Assembly (NCBI GenBank): GCA_024276825.1
Contig: JAJRWI010000003.1
Span: 1-64,000, forward strand
Length of the DNA: 64,000 nucleotides
Source of the DNA: an archaeon
GTDB lineage: Archaea > Asgardarchaeota > Thorarchaeia > Thorarchaeales > Thorarchaeaceae
Direction of reading: 5' to 3'
The notes under the pieces were generated by a model, which made no database searches, had not been told where the DNA came from, and saw nothing but the letters and a program-made list of their open reading frames with translations. The translations under genes and the position numbers were made by a program. Shown here in pieces: positions 19,085-28,137 of the stretch; the first letter of the stretch is position 1, and each line of letters begins with the position of its first letter.

Positions 19085-19732
19085 TCAAGTGCTACTGCTT
19101 GTGCCTCTACGGAGTCTAGCTCGTCTTGCCTTGACCTCTTCTGGTCCCTTCAGCACCTTGCTCTTCCTGATCTCGCATTGTCTAATGGGCACTATCCTTT
19201 TGACCTTCTCAAATACTTCTGATGCCAAGTCGCCCAGAATGACCTTTTGAACCAGCTCGTTGAATGTGTGCCTCTTTGCATGCGCTCTGATCACTTTCTC
19301 AATCTCTTTGCGCACTGCATGCTCTTGGCTTGTCTTTGAGCGTGATGTTGTGAACACTATTACTGAGATTCTCATGAGGTAGTCGTCCTTGGTCAGAATT
19401 GGACCGATCCAGTCGATTCGTGATGTGCCTCTTCGTACTAGGCCCCTGAGGTAGTCAGAACTCCATTCATGTCCATGAAACACTGTGTGCGCCTGCTGAC
19501 CCACAACCTCTGTTATCTTGAATCTGATCTTGACGTGAATCTGATCGAAATTTCCAGTCAGGTCATACAATGTCGGTTGTACAGTGCGCCCAATCAGCAG
19601 CTCCGGGTCACTGGCGGGAGTATCTCCTATCACCTTGTTATCAAAATAGTCTGGTGCAAGAATCTGGTACCAGACCTTCTCTCGCCACTTGTCTCTTGTC
19701 CTTGCTGCTGCTTGTCTACTCTTTGAGGACAT
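19085..19732 (-). CDS. rps3ae: 30S ribosomal protein S3ae
   Basis: RDKWREK.WY...AP, LVRRGTSRID and EIRKSKV motifs. Confidence 0.97.
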   Translation of the reverse strand: MSSKSRQAAARTRDKWREKVWYQILAPDYFDNKVIGDTPASDPELLIGRTVQPTLYDLTGNFDQIHVKIRFKITEVVGQQAHTVFHGHEWSSDYLRGLVRRGTSRIDWIGPILTKDDYLMRISVIVFTTSRSKTSQEHAVRKEIEKVIRAHAKRHTFNELVQKVILGDLASEVFEKVKRIVPIRQCEIRKSKVLKGPEEVKARRARLRRGTSSST

Positions 19733-19920
19733 TTGCTTATCACGCTCACACTGGACCTGATCGGTCTTGGTTTGAGAACTCCGTCCATCAAATATGGTGA
19801 TGAACCAGTCGAACCTCATTTGAGTCTAATAAAAACATTGTGTCATGGAGAAATATTGCAGTTCATAGTGACAAACTAGATATTGCAATCCGGTGTAAGA
19901 AACCAACGGAGTTAACAAAA

Positions 19921-20055
19921 ATGCCCGAGAACAACTGTCCTCACTGTGGATACGAAGATATCGCACTGGTGAAGAAGGAACTGATTGGTCCAGGGAAGTT
20001 CAGACGCTACTTTCGATGCCCTCGATGTAGTCACACATGGAAGACTAAGGACTGA
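19921..20055 (+). CDS. Small Zn-ribbon protein (44 aa)
   Basis: CPHCG...FRCPRCSHTW, preceded by a GGAG RBS. Confidence 0.7.
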   Translation: MPENNCPHCGYEDIALVKKELIGPGKFRRYFRCPRCSHTWKTKD

Positions 20056-20128
20056 CTTGTTAACGCCAAAACTATTAAAATTCTAACCATCTGCATTTTT
20101 TTGCGTTGAAACAATGCTTTGTCATTAG

Positions 20129-20267
20129 GCGGAGGTTGCCGAGCCTGGTCAATAGCGTGTCTAACGCTGGCTACAGGCGCAGGACTTTGTTCCACAGGCT
20201 TCTGTGGGGCGTCCAAAGGATCCTGTCTCGTAGGAGTTCGCGAGTTCAAATCTCGCCCTCCGCACCA
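20129..20267 (+). tRNA. tRNA-Leu(TAG) with two BHB introns (20153-20174 in the D-loop; 20188-20216 at 34/35)
   Basis: Removing the introns gives GCGGAGG...CAGGA-CT-TAG-GA-TCCTG, a long variable arm, TTCAAAT and CCA. Confidence 0.92.
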
Positions 20268-20325
20268 CTCCTTTTACCAGAAAGACTCAATACAAAAGAC
20301 CACTCTGAATGTTGCTGTGATGCCA

Positions 20326-20667
20326 ATGAAGGTTTTATTCCTTGCAACAGATAAGAACAAGATGCAGCTCATGCACCTACTCCTCAATGCCATTCATGCA
20401 CATGAGGCAGGGAATGATGTTACAGTGGTACTCGAGTGCGCATCAACAAGACTCCTCATCGGTCTTGCAGACCAGTCTATAAAGCTGCCACTCTTCAACA
20501 AGGCATTAGAACTTGGAATAATCGATCATGCATGTAAGGCCTGCACGACTAGCTTCTCTGCTGTTGAAGCTGCTAAAAAACTTGAAGTGCCTCTTAAAGG
20601 ACCATTGCATGGTCACACCAACCTTCTAGAGTTCATGAGTGCTGAGTATTGGGTAGTCACATTCTGA
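20326..20667 (+). CDS. DsrE-family protein
   Basis: H.LLNA, V.VVLE.AS, ACKAC and GH motifs. Confidence 0.75.
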   Translation: MKVLFLATDKNKMQLMHLLLNAIHAHEAGNDVTVVLECASTRLLIGLADQSIKLPLFNKALELGIIDHACKACTTSFSAVEAAKKLEVPLKGPLHGHTNLLEFMSAEYWVVTF

Positions 20668-20710
20668 CCTCAGCATTAAGGTTATATCAGGGGGTCGTTT
20701 GAACCAGAAT

Positions 20711-20840
20711 GCCGGGGTGTCCGAGCGGCTAAGGAGGCGGTCTCGAAACCCTCTAAGGCGACATAACCGCTACCTTCGGGTGCATGGGTTCGAAAGATTC
20801 CAAGTATTTTGGGATGCCGAGAGTCCCATCCCCGGCGCCA
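20711..20840 (+). tRNA. tRNA-Ser(CGA) with two introns (20748-20764 at 37/38; 20795-20823 at 59/60)
   Basis: GCCGGGG/CCCCGGC acceptor, GCGGT/ACCGC stem, long variable arm, GCCA end. Confidence 0.92.
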
Positions 20841-20844
20841 TATG

Positions 20845-22227
20845 TCATTTCTTGCAGTTCTCAAGAGCTTGCAGCATCAGGTTTCTTGCCAAGTGTTCGA
20901 GTTTATCCAAAGTTTCCTTGGTCCGTGCACCAATATAGACACGAGCTTTTGGCTCTGTCCCAGATACTCTCACAAGAACGTATGACCCATCATTCCGTTC
21001 AACCCTAACACCATCACTGTCAATGATTCTCTCAATACCAGTAATAGACTCAACAAGCCTTGTCTTGATTGTGGAGATAAAGCACTGTTTCAACTCATCG
21101 GGACATGGCATGAAGTCTCTGAGCATGGGGTACTCAGGGATGGAACTCATGAGCTTTTTACAACTGCCGTCCCCCTCTTCAACCATCATTTGAGAGAATC
21201 GAGCTGCACCAGCAATACCGTCCATCCAGCCACCGAGATCTGTGAATATGGGCTTCCATGGTTCTGATGCGAACACAATCTCATGGGCATCGTCCTCTAC
21301 TAGGAACTCCTGAAGTGATCCAAGCGGGGCCCTGACGACTTCACCACCCTCCTTTCTGACAACCTCGTCAATCACACTTGAGGTGTCAATTGAAACCACT
21401 ACTCGCCCGCCACCTCTTCTCCGCACCTCATCTCTTGCAAACAGAGCGATAACCCTGTTCTGATCGATAAAGTTGCCATCCTCGTCAATGACTGCCAGTC
21501 TGTCACCATCGCCATCATGACACAGTGCCACTGCGTAATCCGAGTCATTGATGACAGACATGGTCTTCGTCAGGTTCCGTGGCGATGGCTCTGCGGGTCT
21601 TCCTGGAAAGTGCCCATCAAGGTGGGAGTTGATAGTGGTTACATCAAATCCAAGTTCTCTCATCAGATGTGGTGTGTAGTTAGTGGCTGCGCCATTGGCG
21701 AGATCTAGGAGTATCTTGACATTCTTCCCCAGTCCGCCCCTCTCATTAATGAACTTCTTTACCAGATTCAGATAGGGGTTTCTGAAGTTGTTCTTGTGAA
21801 CTACACCTATGTCTTGCCATTCCGCCCTTGTGAATGACTTGTTGGCAACGGCCTCCTCTATCTCAACCTCCTCGGAACGAATGAATTCCCTGCCTGCCCT
21901 GAAGAACTTGAAGCCGTTGTCACCTGGGGGATTATGGCTTGCGGTTATGATCACTGATGCAGAGATGACCCCCATGGCACTGAATGCCCCCACAGTTGGC
22001 ATGGGAGCAATTCCAAGATCTATGACATCAACACCTGTAGATATCACTCCAGCCATAAACGCGTTCTTGAGCATGATGTTGGAGGTCCTTGCGTCCGTTC
22101 CCACACCCACTTGACCCTCACCATGTAGATGTGTTCCCAGTGCTCTTCCAAGGCTCAGAGCAAGATCAACTGTGACTCTTTCTGAGATCTTACCCCTTAT
22201 TCCCGATGTCCCAAACAACTTTGCCAT
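20845..22227 (-). CDS. Phosphohexomutase (PMM/PGM/GlmM family)
   Basis: LFGTSGIRG, TASHNP, DGDGDR and RVSGTEP motifs. Confidence 0.95.
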   Translation of the reverse strand: MAKLFGTSGIRGKISERVTVDLALSLGRALGTHLHGEGQVGVGTDARTSNIMLKNAFMAGVISTGVDVIDLGIAPMPTVGAFSAMGVISASVIITASHNPPGDNGFKFFRAGREFIRSEEVEIEEAVANKSFTRAEWQDIGVVHKNNFRNPYLNLVKKFINERGGLGKNVKILLDLANGAATNYTPHLMRELGFDVTTINSHLDGHFPGRPAEPSPRNLTKTMSVINDSDYAVALCHDGDGDRLAVIDEDGNFIDQNRVIALFARDEVRRRGGGRVVVSIDTSSVIDEVVRKEGGEVVRAPLGSLQEFLVEDDAHEIVFASEPWKPIFTDLGGWMDGIAGAARFSQMMVEEGDGSCKKLMSSIPEYPMLRDFMPCPDELKQCFISTIKTRLVESITGIERIIDSDGVRVERNDGSYVLVRVSGTEPKARVYIGARTKETLDKLEHLARNLMLQALENCKK

Positions 22228-22238
22228 AGAGATATCAC

Positions 22239-23228
22239 CTAGTCTTGTGGTAGTCCAAGGTCTACGATGTCCTTCGCTGCCTCGCCAATCCTGAGCAGAC
22301 AGTCTACGACATAAAGATGCGTCTGTGTGTCCTCACTGGGATTCGTGATTAAGTGTTGCCTAAGAGATGCGGTTTCTTTGATAAGGGTCTTCTCTGCCCT
22401 GATGACCCATGAGACCTTTTCGGTGTCAAACTTAAACAGGTTAATGACAGAGATATTGAACATCTCCTTGACCTTTTCGGCAATTGGCCCTATCTTCTTG
22501 ACTAATTTCTTGTCAAGAACCCCCTGTGTTCTTGATGCAATCTCAACTGCAAGGTCTGCAATCCGCTCGATATACTGAGATGCCAGCCTTAGGTCCAACG
22601 CCTCGACAGGGTTGATTCCCATCTCTTCTGCCATTCGTGGATATTGGATTGCTGATCTTAACTCTCGAACTATCAGAAAGAACAGCCTGTCAACATCCTC
22701 GTCCCTCTCAATCACGGCCTCTGCGCTCTTCGGGTCCCCCTCAAAATATGCAATGATGGCATCATTCAACATCCTTGAGGCAATCAGGTTGACTCGTTTT
22801 ATTGCCTTACGAACGGGTAGGGTAGTGGGGTCAACAAGGCACTGAATCACAATCTGATAGTCATCCTCTTCAGTGACCTCCAAAGCAACGAACCTCTTGA
22901 TTATCTCCTTCAGCCGCAAACGCTGTTCATTTGTGATTGGTTCCTCACTCACTATCCTGATCTCATCAAACCCAAGCAGATACTTGCTGGTTATTATCCA
23001 TCGGAGGTTGTCTTGCATCTGTGCAGTGGTCTTCTTTGTCGTACTGACCTTTTGCACCCTAGGATCGATTATCAAGCATCCGTCCTCACGCTCCGCTACA
23101 ACAACGGGGTCACCCTTCTCAAGTCCGTGCCGTTCGACCCATTTTTTCGGAAGTATCACAAGGAATGAACTCCCATTCTTACCGCCTGTTTGCTGAAGCT
23201 TTCTAATACTGACCAAGTACATAACCAC
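22239..23228 (-). CDS. AbrB-PhoU phosphate uptake regulator
   Basis: RKLQQTGG..S..V.LPK.W, DEDVDR and ERIAD motifs. Confidence 0.92.
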   Translation of the reverse strand: MVMYLVSIRKLQQTGGKNGSSFLVILPKKWVERHGLEKGDPVVVAEREDGCLIIDPRVQKVSTTKKTTAQMQDNLRWIITSKYLLGFDEIRIVSEEPITNEQRLRLKEIIKRFVALEVTEEDDYQIVIQCLVDPTTLPVRKAIKRVNLIASRMLNDAIIAYFEGDPKSAEAVIERDEDVDRLFFLIVRELRSAIQYPRMAEEMGINPVEALDLRLASQYIERIADLAVEIASRTQGVLDKKLVKKIGPIAEKVKEMFNISVINLFKFDTEKVSWVIRAEKTLIKETASLRQHLITNPSEDTQTHLYVVDCLLRIGEAAKDIVDLGLPQD

Positions 23229-23245
23229 CCAAATGGCGCCTTTTA

Positions 23246-23269
23246 GATGGTAATCATACAGTTACCATC
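23246..23269. promoter_or_regulatory. Inverted repeat, candidate operator
   Basis: GATGGTAA-N8-TTACCATC in the divergent phoU/DP1 promoter. Confidence 0.45.
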
Positions 23270-23372
23270 ACTATGGAGTCTTGAGAGAATGTGGATACAA
23301 ATCACTATTGAATTCTTGCATTCAGATGGTAGATGTTAAAACTGGAACTGTATAATTCATCCTGATGAACTC

Positions 23373-25010
23373 TTGATATCTCCAACTAGACGTTCTATTC
23401 TGAAACAGCTCATGCGGTTAGGTATCCAGGTAGCGCCCGATGCATTAGACTACATATTGGAGAGCGAGTCACCAAACAAAATGGTCGCGGTCATTGCAAG
23501 ACGGGCCAATATGATAGAGTGCCCACCCGTACTATCACGTGAGTTCATCACAAGACTAATTGAAGCGCCCGTGCTTGTCACCCCGGTTTCACAAGAGCCC
23601 GAGAAAATGGCACCTCAGACAACCACTGCAGAGAAGCCGACTGAACAACAGCCCGAGAAACAACACATAATTGAAATCGTCAAAAACCCAGACGAGTCAT
23701 CAGTTGCATCTACTGGGACTATTGAGGACTTTCTGGCACTGTTCAGGGACAGGTTTCATCGAATCAGGAGCATTTACATGAAGCGTCTGGACACAAGAGA
23801 GGCAATACCAATTCCCCTTCTCAAACAGCAGCAGACTGTTGCCCGAAGGCAGAAAATGATGGAGCGGGAGGGAGAGCGTGGTTTTAGAATTCCCAACCAG
23901 AAAGTTATTGGGATGGTCAGAAATAAGACAGTATCACGTTCAAGGAACATTATCCTTGAGATAGAGGATGAAGAGAGCTCCCTCATCTGTGTCGTTCCCT
24001 CTGGGCGCAATGGCATTAAGGGCCAGAATCTGCTGGAGAAGGGAAACTCGATACTTCTTGATGAGGTGATATGCTTGTCAGGACGTATTGATCAGGACGG
24101 CCGAATGATAGTTGATGATATAATGTTTCCCGAGATTCCGACCGCAAGATCAATGGGCCGTGCAAAAAGGCCGGTGTATGCTGCGTTCATATCAGACGTT
24201 CACTGTGGAAGTTATGAGTTTCTGGAGGATGACTTTGAGCGCTTCATCAGATGGATGAGGGGAATTGATTGTGATTCGGAGGACAAAGAACTGGTGAGGA
24301 ACATTCATTATCTTTTCATTGCTGGTGACCTTGTTGATGGGGTAGGGGTATATCCCGAGCAAAAGGATGACCTTGTGATAACAAGCCTGTATGAGCAGTA
24401 CGCTCATCTTGCCAAGATCCTCTCACACCTCCCAGATCATGTCAGGATAATCTGTATCCCTGGAAACCATGATTCCTGTCGTCAGGCGCTTCCAAGACCA
24501 CCTCTGTCTAGGGAGTTTGCAAGGGCTCTGTATGAAATGGGCGACAGAGTCATAATGCTTGGTGACCCGAGTAATATAAAGGTCGAAGGGGTGAACATTC
24601 TACTTACCCATGGAGATAGTCTTGATGACCTTGTTACTAATATCCCCGGAGTGTCATATGCGAATCCAGAGTCAGGTATGAAAGAACTGTTGAGAAAGCG
24701 TCATCTTGTGCCGCTCTACGGGGGAAAGACTGAGATAGCACCATTGCATCGCGACTGGATGGTCATAGATGATCCCCCCGATATTGTTCATTTCGGCCAC
24801 GCTCATCATTATGCTGTTGACAACTATCGTGGTGTTCAGATAATCAATGCGGGGACCTTTCAGGATCAGACCGAGTTTATGAGAAAACAGGGGATTGAGC
24901 CAAAACCGGGAATGGTGGCAATATTGAATCTTAATACAGGTGCCCCAACACTGCGCTTCTTCTCTGATAGAATTCATACAATAGGCTCAAAGAATAACAG
25001 GTCTCACTGA
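23373..25010 (+). CDS. polB: DNA polymerase D small subunit DP1
   Basis: ISDVH.GS, AGDLVDG.GVYP, PGNHD and GHAH motifs. Confidence 0.96.
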   Translation: MISPTRRSILKQLMRLGIQVAPDALDYILESESPNKMVAVIARRANMIECPPVLSREFITRLIEAPVLVTPVSQEPEKMAPQTTTAEKPTEQQPEKQHIIEIVKNPDESSVASTGTIEDFLALFRDRFHRIRSIYMKRLDTREAIPIPLLKQQQTVARRQKMMEREGERGFRIPNQKVIGMVRNKTVSRSRNIILEIEDEESSLICVVPSGRNGIKGQNLLEKGNSILLDEVICLSGRIDQDGRMIVDDIMFPEIPTARSMGRAKRPVYAAFISDVHCGSYEFLEDDFERFIRWMRGIDCDSEDKELVRNIHYLFIAGDLVDGVGVYPEQKDDLVITSLYEQYAHLAKILSHLPDHVRIICIPGNHDSCRQALPRPPLSREFARALYEMGDRVIMLGDPSNIKVEGVNILLTHGDSLDDLVTNIPGVSYANPESGMKELLRKRHLVPLYGGKTEIAPLHRDWMVIDDPPDIVHFGHAHHYAVDNYRGVQIINAGTFQDQTEFMRKQGIEPKPGMVAILNLNTGAPTLRFFSDRIHTIGSKNNRSH

Positions 25011-26260
25011 CCAAAGAGGTCCTTGGCAATCTTACTCAGCCGGGCATCTTCCTCCAGAATCAGTCCAATCTGACGCTTGCTGACTGCAAGCCGGATCTTC
25101 TTTGTACGGCCATATCTTCCCTTCGATATGATTGTCGTGTTAATCAGTCCCAACATATCGAGCTCGCTGATTAGGTCACTGACTCTCCGTTGGGTGAGTG
25201 TGTCAAGTGACAATGCAGATGCTATCTTCTCATAGGCGTTGTAGCACTCACCTGTGAATATCTCGCGTTTCCCACTGTTGGCCAAGGCGTAGACTGCAAA
25301 GAGGACGACTCGTGACTGTAGGGGTAGTGTTTTGACTGTTTCCGTGATCGTGTCGCGTTCAATGAGCTTTTGCCCCTCACGTACATGTTCTTGGGTTACC
25401 TTTTCGTCCCCTCTCCTCTCGGCAAGCTCACCAGCTGTACGTAGCAGGTCAAGAGCTCTTCTAGCATCACCATGTTCCTGAGCAGCCAGTGCCCCAACCA
25501 GATTGATAACACCCTCGTCTTCAATTGCACCAGGATTGAATGCGAGTTCAACCCTCTGCTGGAGAATCCCCCGCAGTTCCATTGCATTATATGGTGGAAA
25601 TACAACTTCTTCCTCACCCAGAGTTGACAGCACCCTTGGATCAAGCATCTCCTTAAACTTCAGGTCATTGCTTATTCCTATAATGGAGATCCTGCTGTTT
25701 TCCAGTTCACCATTCATCCTTGTGAGCCCATATAGAATGTCGTTGCCTTGGCTAACATCTCGTTTCACAAGGCTGTCAACCTCATCAAGGACCACAATCA
25801 AAATGTTTGGTTCGCTATCAAGCTTTCTCTTCAGTATGGAGCGTATTTCATCGGTCGGAAGTCCCGTAAATGGCACCTCTGACCCATCAGGCATTCTTGC
25901 GTTTATTGCCTCACACAGTGACCTGAGGACACGATAGTTTGTTCCAACGATCCTACAGTTCACAAAGGCCTTCAGCGGTGGTTTAACATCACTCTGTTGT
26001 GCCTTTTCGACAAGCAGGTCTAGGACATATCTTGCAACCACAGTCTTTCCAGTCCCGGTTTTTCCATAACAAAGGATGTTGGACGGTGGGGCGCCCCTCA
26101 GGGCAGGGCCAAGAATAGACCCAATCCGATTCATCTGCTCATCACGAAAGGGGAGTTCATCCGGGACATAAGTCGGTCGCAGGGCGTTGCGGTCTTTGAA
26201 TATTGCTTGACCTTGCAGGAACTTGTCAAAGAGCTTGTCGAGTTTTGGTTGTTCTGGCAC
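25004..26260 (-). CDS. cdc6: Orc1/Cdc6 initiator (GTG start)
   Basis: GKTGTGKT, LDEVD, HGDARRA and GRYGRT motifs. Confidence 0.97.
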   Translation of the reverse strand: MPEQPKLDKLFDKFLQGQAIFKDRNALRPTYVPDELPFRDEQMNRIGSILGPALRGAPPSNILCYGKTGTGKTVVARYVLDLLVEKAQQSDVKPPLKAFVNCRIVGTNYRVLRSLCEAINARMPDGSEVPFTGLPTDEIRSILKRKLDSEPNILIVVLDEVDSLVKRDVSQGNDILYGLTRMNGELENSRISIIGISNDLKFKEMLDPRVLSTLGEEEVVFPPYNAMELRGILQQRVELAFNPGAIEDEGVINLVGALAAQEHGDARRALDLLRTAGELAERRGDEKVTQEHVREGQKLIERDTITETVKTLPLQSRVVLFAVYALANSGKREIFTGECYNAYEKIASALSLDTLTQRRVSDLISELDMLGLINTTIISKGRYGRTKKIRLAVSKRQIGLILEEDARLSKIAKDLFGQ

Positions 26261-26271
26261 TATTTCACAAC

Positions 26272-26334
26272 TCCATTTGAAACAGGGGTAGTTTCCTGTG
26301 GATTTCCACTGGAGTATATTTATTTCCACTGGAA
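26272..26334. promoter_or_regulatory. ORB/mini-ORB cluster (putative oriC and/or cdc6 autoregulatory site)
   Basis: TCCATTTGAAACAGGGG (+); TCCACAGGAAA and two TCCAGTGGAAA (-). Confidence 0.75.
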
Positions 26335-26411
26335 TCACTGATAAACCCACGTATTACATTTGCCTGATAACACTGAATCTTATAGAACTTTGAATCATCA
26401 TTTAATCAGAC

Positions 26412-27053
26412 ATGAGAAGGTGTGATGGATTGCGACTGCGAGACCTAGAGATTGCACTTCAGTCAATGAACCGATTAACCGAGTATGAGGTCTCACTGGA
26501 ACAATATCCAACACCCGCGGGTATTGCTGCATCAATCCTCTATGCAGCCCAGATGGAGTACTCGGACATAACTGGCAAAGTGATCTGTGATCTGGGTTGT
26601 GGCGATGGTGTCTTTACGATTGGCGCCGCACTCCTTGGTGCAGAAAGGGTGATTGGTATTGATGTGCAATCCAAAGCCTTAAAGGAAGCGCTAGAGAATT
26701 CTATATTGCTCGGGACTGAAAATATAACAGATTTCGTCTTAGGAGATGTTGAGTCTCTTGAATTGAGCACCCGTGTCGACACCGTGTTGAGTAATCCGCC
26801 ATTTGGTGTCAAGAGACGCGGCGCTGACCTGTTGTTCCTGAGTAAAGCGATGAAGATTGCAAAAGTAATATACAGCATTCATCTGGCAGGTGAAAAGAAC
26901 AGGAAGTTCCTGAGAAATTCAATAGACAGGCTTGGAGGTAGGATCTCACAGGTTGAAACCTTTGAGTTTCCAATACCGAAGATTTACAAGTTTCATAGAA
27001 AGAGGATGCACCTTACGCAAGTAGACCTATATCGTATATGTATGAAGGAGTGA
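26412..27053 (+). CDS. METTL5-like RNA methyltransferase
   Basis: LEQYPTP, DLGCGDG, NPPFG and IYSIH motifs. Confidence 0.93.
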   Translation: MRRCDGLRLRDLEIALQSMNRLTEYEVSLEQYPTPAGIAASILYAAQMEYSDITGKVICDLGCGDGVFTIGAALLGAERVIGIDVQSKALKEALENSILLGTENITDFVLGDVESLELSTRVDTVLSNPPFGVKRRGADLLFLSKAMKIAKVIYSIHLAGEKNRKFLRNSIDRLGGRISQVETFEFPIPKIYKFHRKRMHLTQVDLYRICMKE

Positions 27054-27058
27054 TTCAT

Positions 27059-27820
27059 ATGGCAGACGTTAAGAGTGGTGATATTGTAGTTCCTGGTGAT
27101 CAGTTATGCGTGATTGAGGAACTGATGCCAAGCTACGGCACTTACGAGAACGATGGAGTTGTATATGCTGCCACATTTGGAGAATGTAAGATTGACATGA
27201 AAGAGAGGGTGATTCGAGTTGTCAATCCTGATGGGAGTATGCAGATTGCACTTCCCGTCAAGGGTGATATAATGATGGGTCAGGTCACGAATGCTTATGA
27301 CCAGAGAGTCGAAGTTAGCATAGTGAAACGAAATGGTGAGGACATTCTTAACCCATTCATTGGAGAGGTTCATATCAGCAATGTGACCCGCCGCTTCATC
27401 AAGTCTATGCTTGATGTCATGCAACCAGGCGACATCATCCGCGCAGTTGCACTGAACACTCATGAGATTCCTGTACAACTAAGTGTTGTTGGACCCGAGT
27501 TTGGTGTTGTCTTTGCCAAGTGTAGAAAATGTGGTGACCCCCTGATATTGACCACACATAACAACATGATTTGTCCCAGATGTGAGAACCGCGAAACCCG
27601 AGAGGTGGCAAGTGATTATGGGGTGATGTTTGGGCTTGAAGTGAGACCAGACCTTGCGCCACGAAGAAGACATTATAGGCGAACTGGAGGAGGCAATTCA
27701 CGTTCCTATCCGCCACGTGGAGGCAGACGTAATGACCGTCCACGTTATGGCTCACAGGGCAGATCCGACTCGCGTCGTGGTGGAAGGAGATCACCTCGTC
27801 ATGACCGAGGGAGAAGATAG
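27059..27820 (+). CDS. csl4: Exosome cap subunit Csl4 with RG/RGG-rich tail
   Basis: VPGD.L...EE, S1 domain, Zn-ribbon C..CG...CP.C...ETR. Confidence 0.93.
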   Translation: MADVKSGDIVVPGDQLCVIEELMPSYGTYENDGVVYAATFGECKIDMKERVIRVVNPDGSMQIALPVKGDIMMGQVTNAYDQRVEVSIVKRNGEDILNPFIGEVHISNVTRRFIKSMLDVMQPGDIIRAVALNTHEIPVQLSVVGPEFGVVFAKCRKCGDPLILTTHNNMICPRCENRETREVASDYGVMFGLEVRPDLAPRRRHYRRTGGGNSRSYPPRGGRRNDRPRYGSQGRSDSRRGGRRSPRHDRGRR

Positions 27821-27822
27821 AG

Positions 27823-28113
27823 ATGAAACCAAGAGTAGTTGAAAACACAAGATATGAGCTTAAGATTGAGTTCCAAGACGAGGGCCATGCTTTCTGCAAC
27901 ATGCTCCGTAAGACTCTGCTAGAGATTCCGGGGGTGGAGTTTGCAGGCTACAATGTTGACCATCCTTTATTGTCGAGCCCCATTGTCACAATCAGGACCA
28001 AGCGAAGGACTGCAAATGTGGTCCTACGAGAGGGCCTCGAAACAATGATTGCTAGACTTGAGGAGTTTCGCAAAAAGTTCAATCAAGCAGTTTCAGATCA
28101 TGTGACTGATTGA
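27823..28113 (+). CDS. rpo11: RNA polymerase subunit Rpo11 (RpoL)
   Basis: EGH.F.NMLR..L and V.FAGY..DHPL motifs. Confidence 0.95.
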   Translation: MKPRVVENTRYELKIEFQDEGHAFCNMLRKTLLEIPGVEFAGYNVDHPLLSSPIVTIRTKRRTANVVLREGLETMIARLEEFRKKFNQAVSDHVTD

Positions 28114-28137
28114 ACAAAGTCATGGCGATGAAACCAG

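Noticed and set aside
20031-21008. ORFs and N-terminal extensions overlapping tRNA-Leu and tRNA-Ser
   Set aside because: Explained by the tRNA genes; only the DsrE part from 20326 looks coding.
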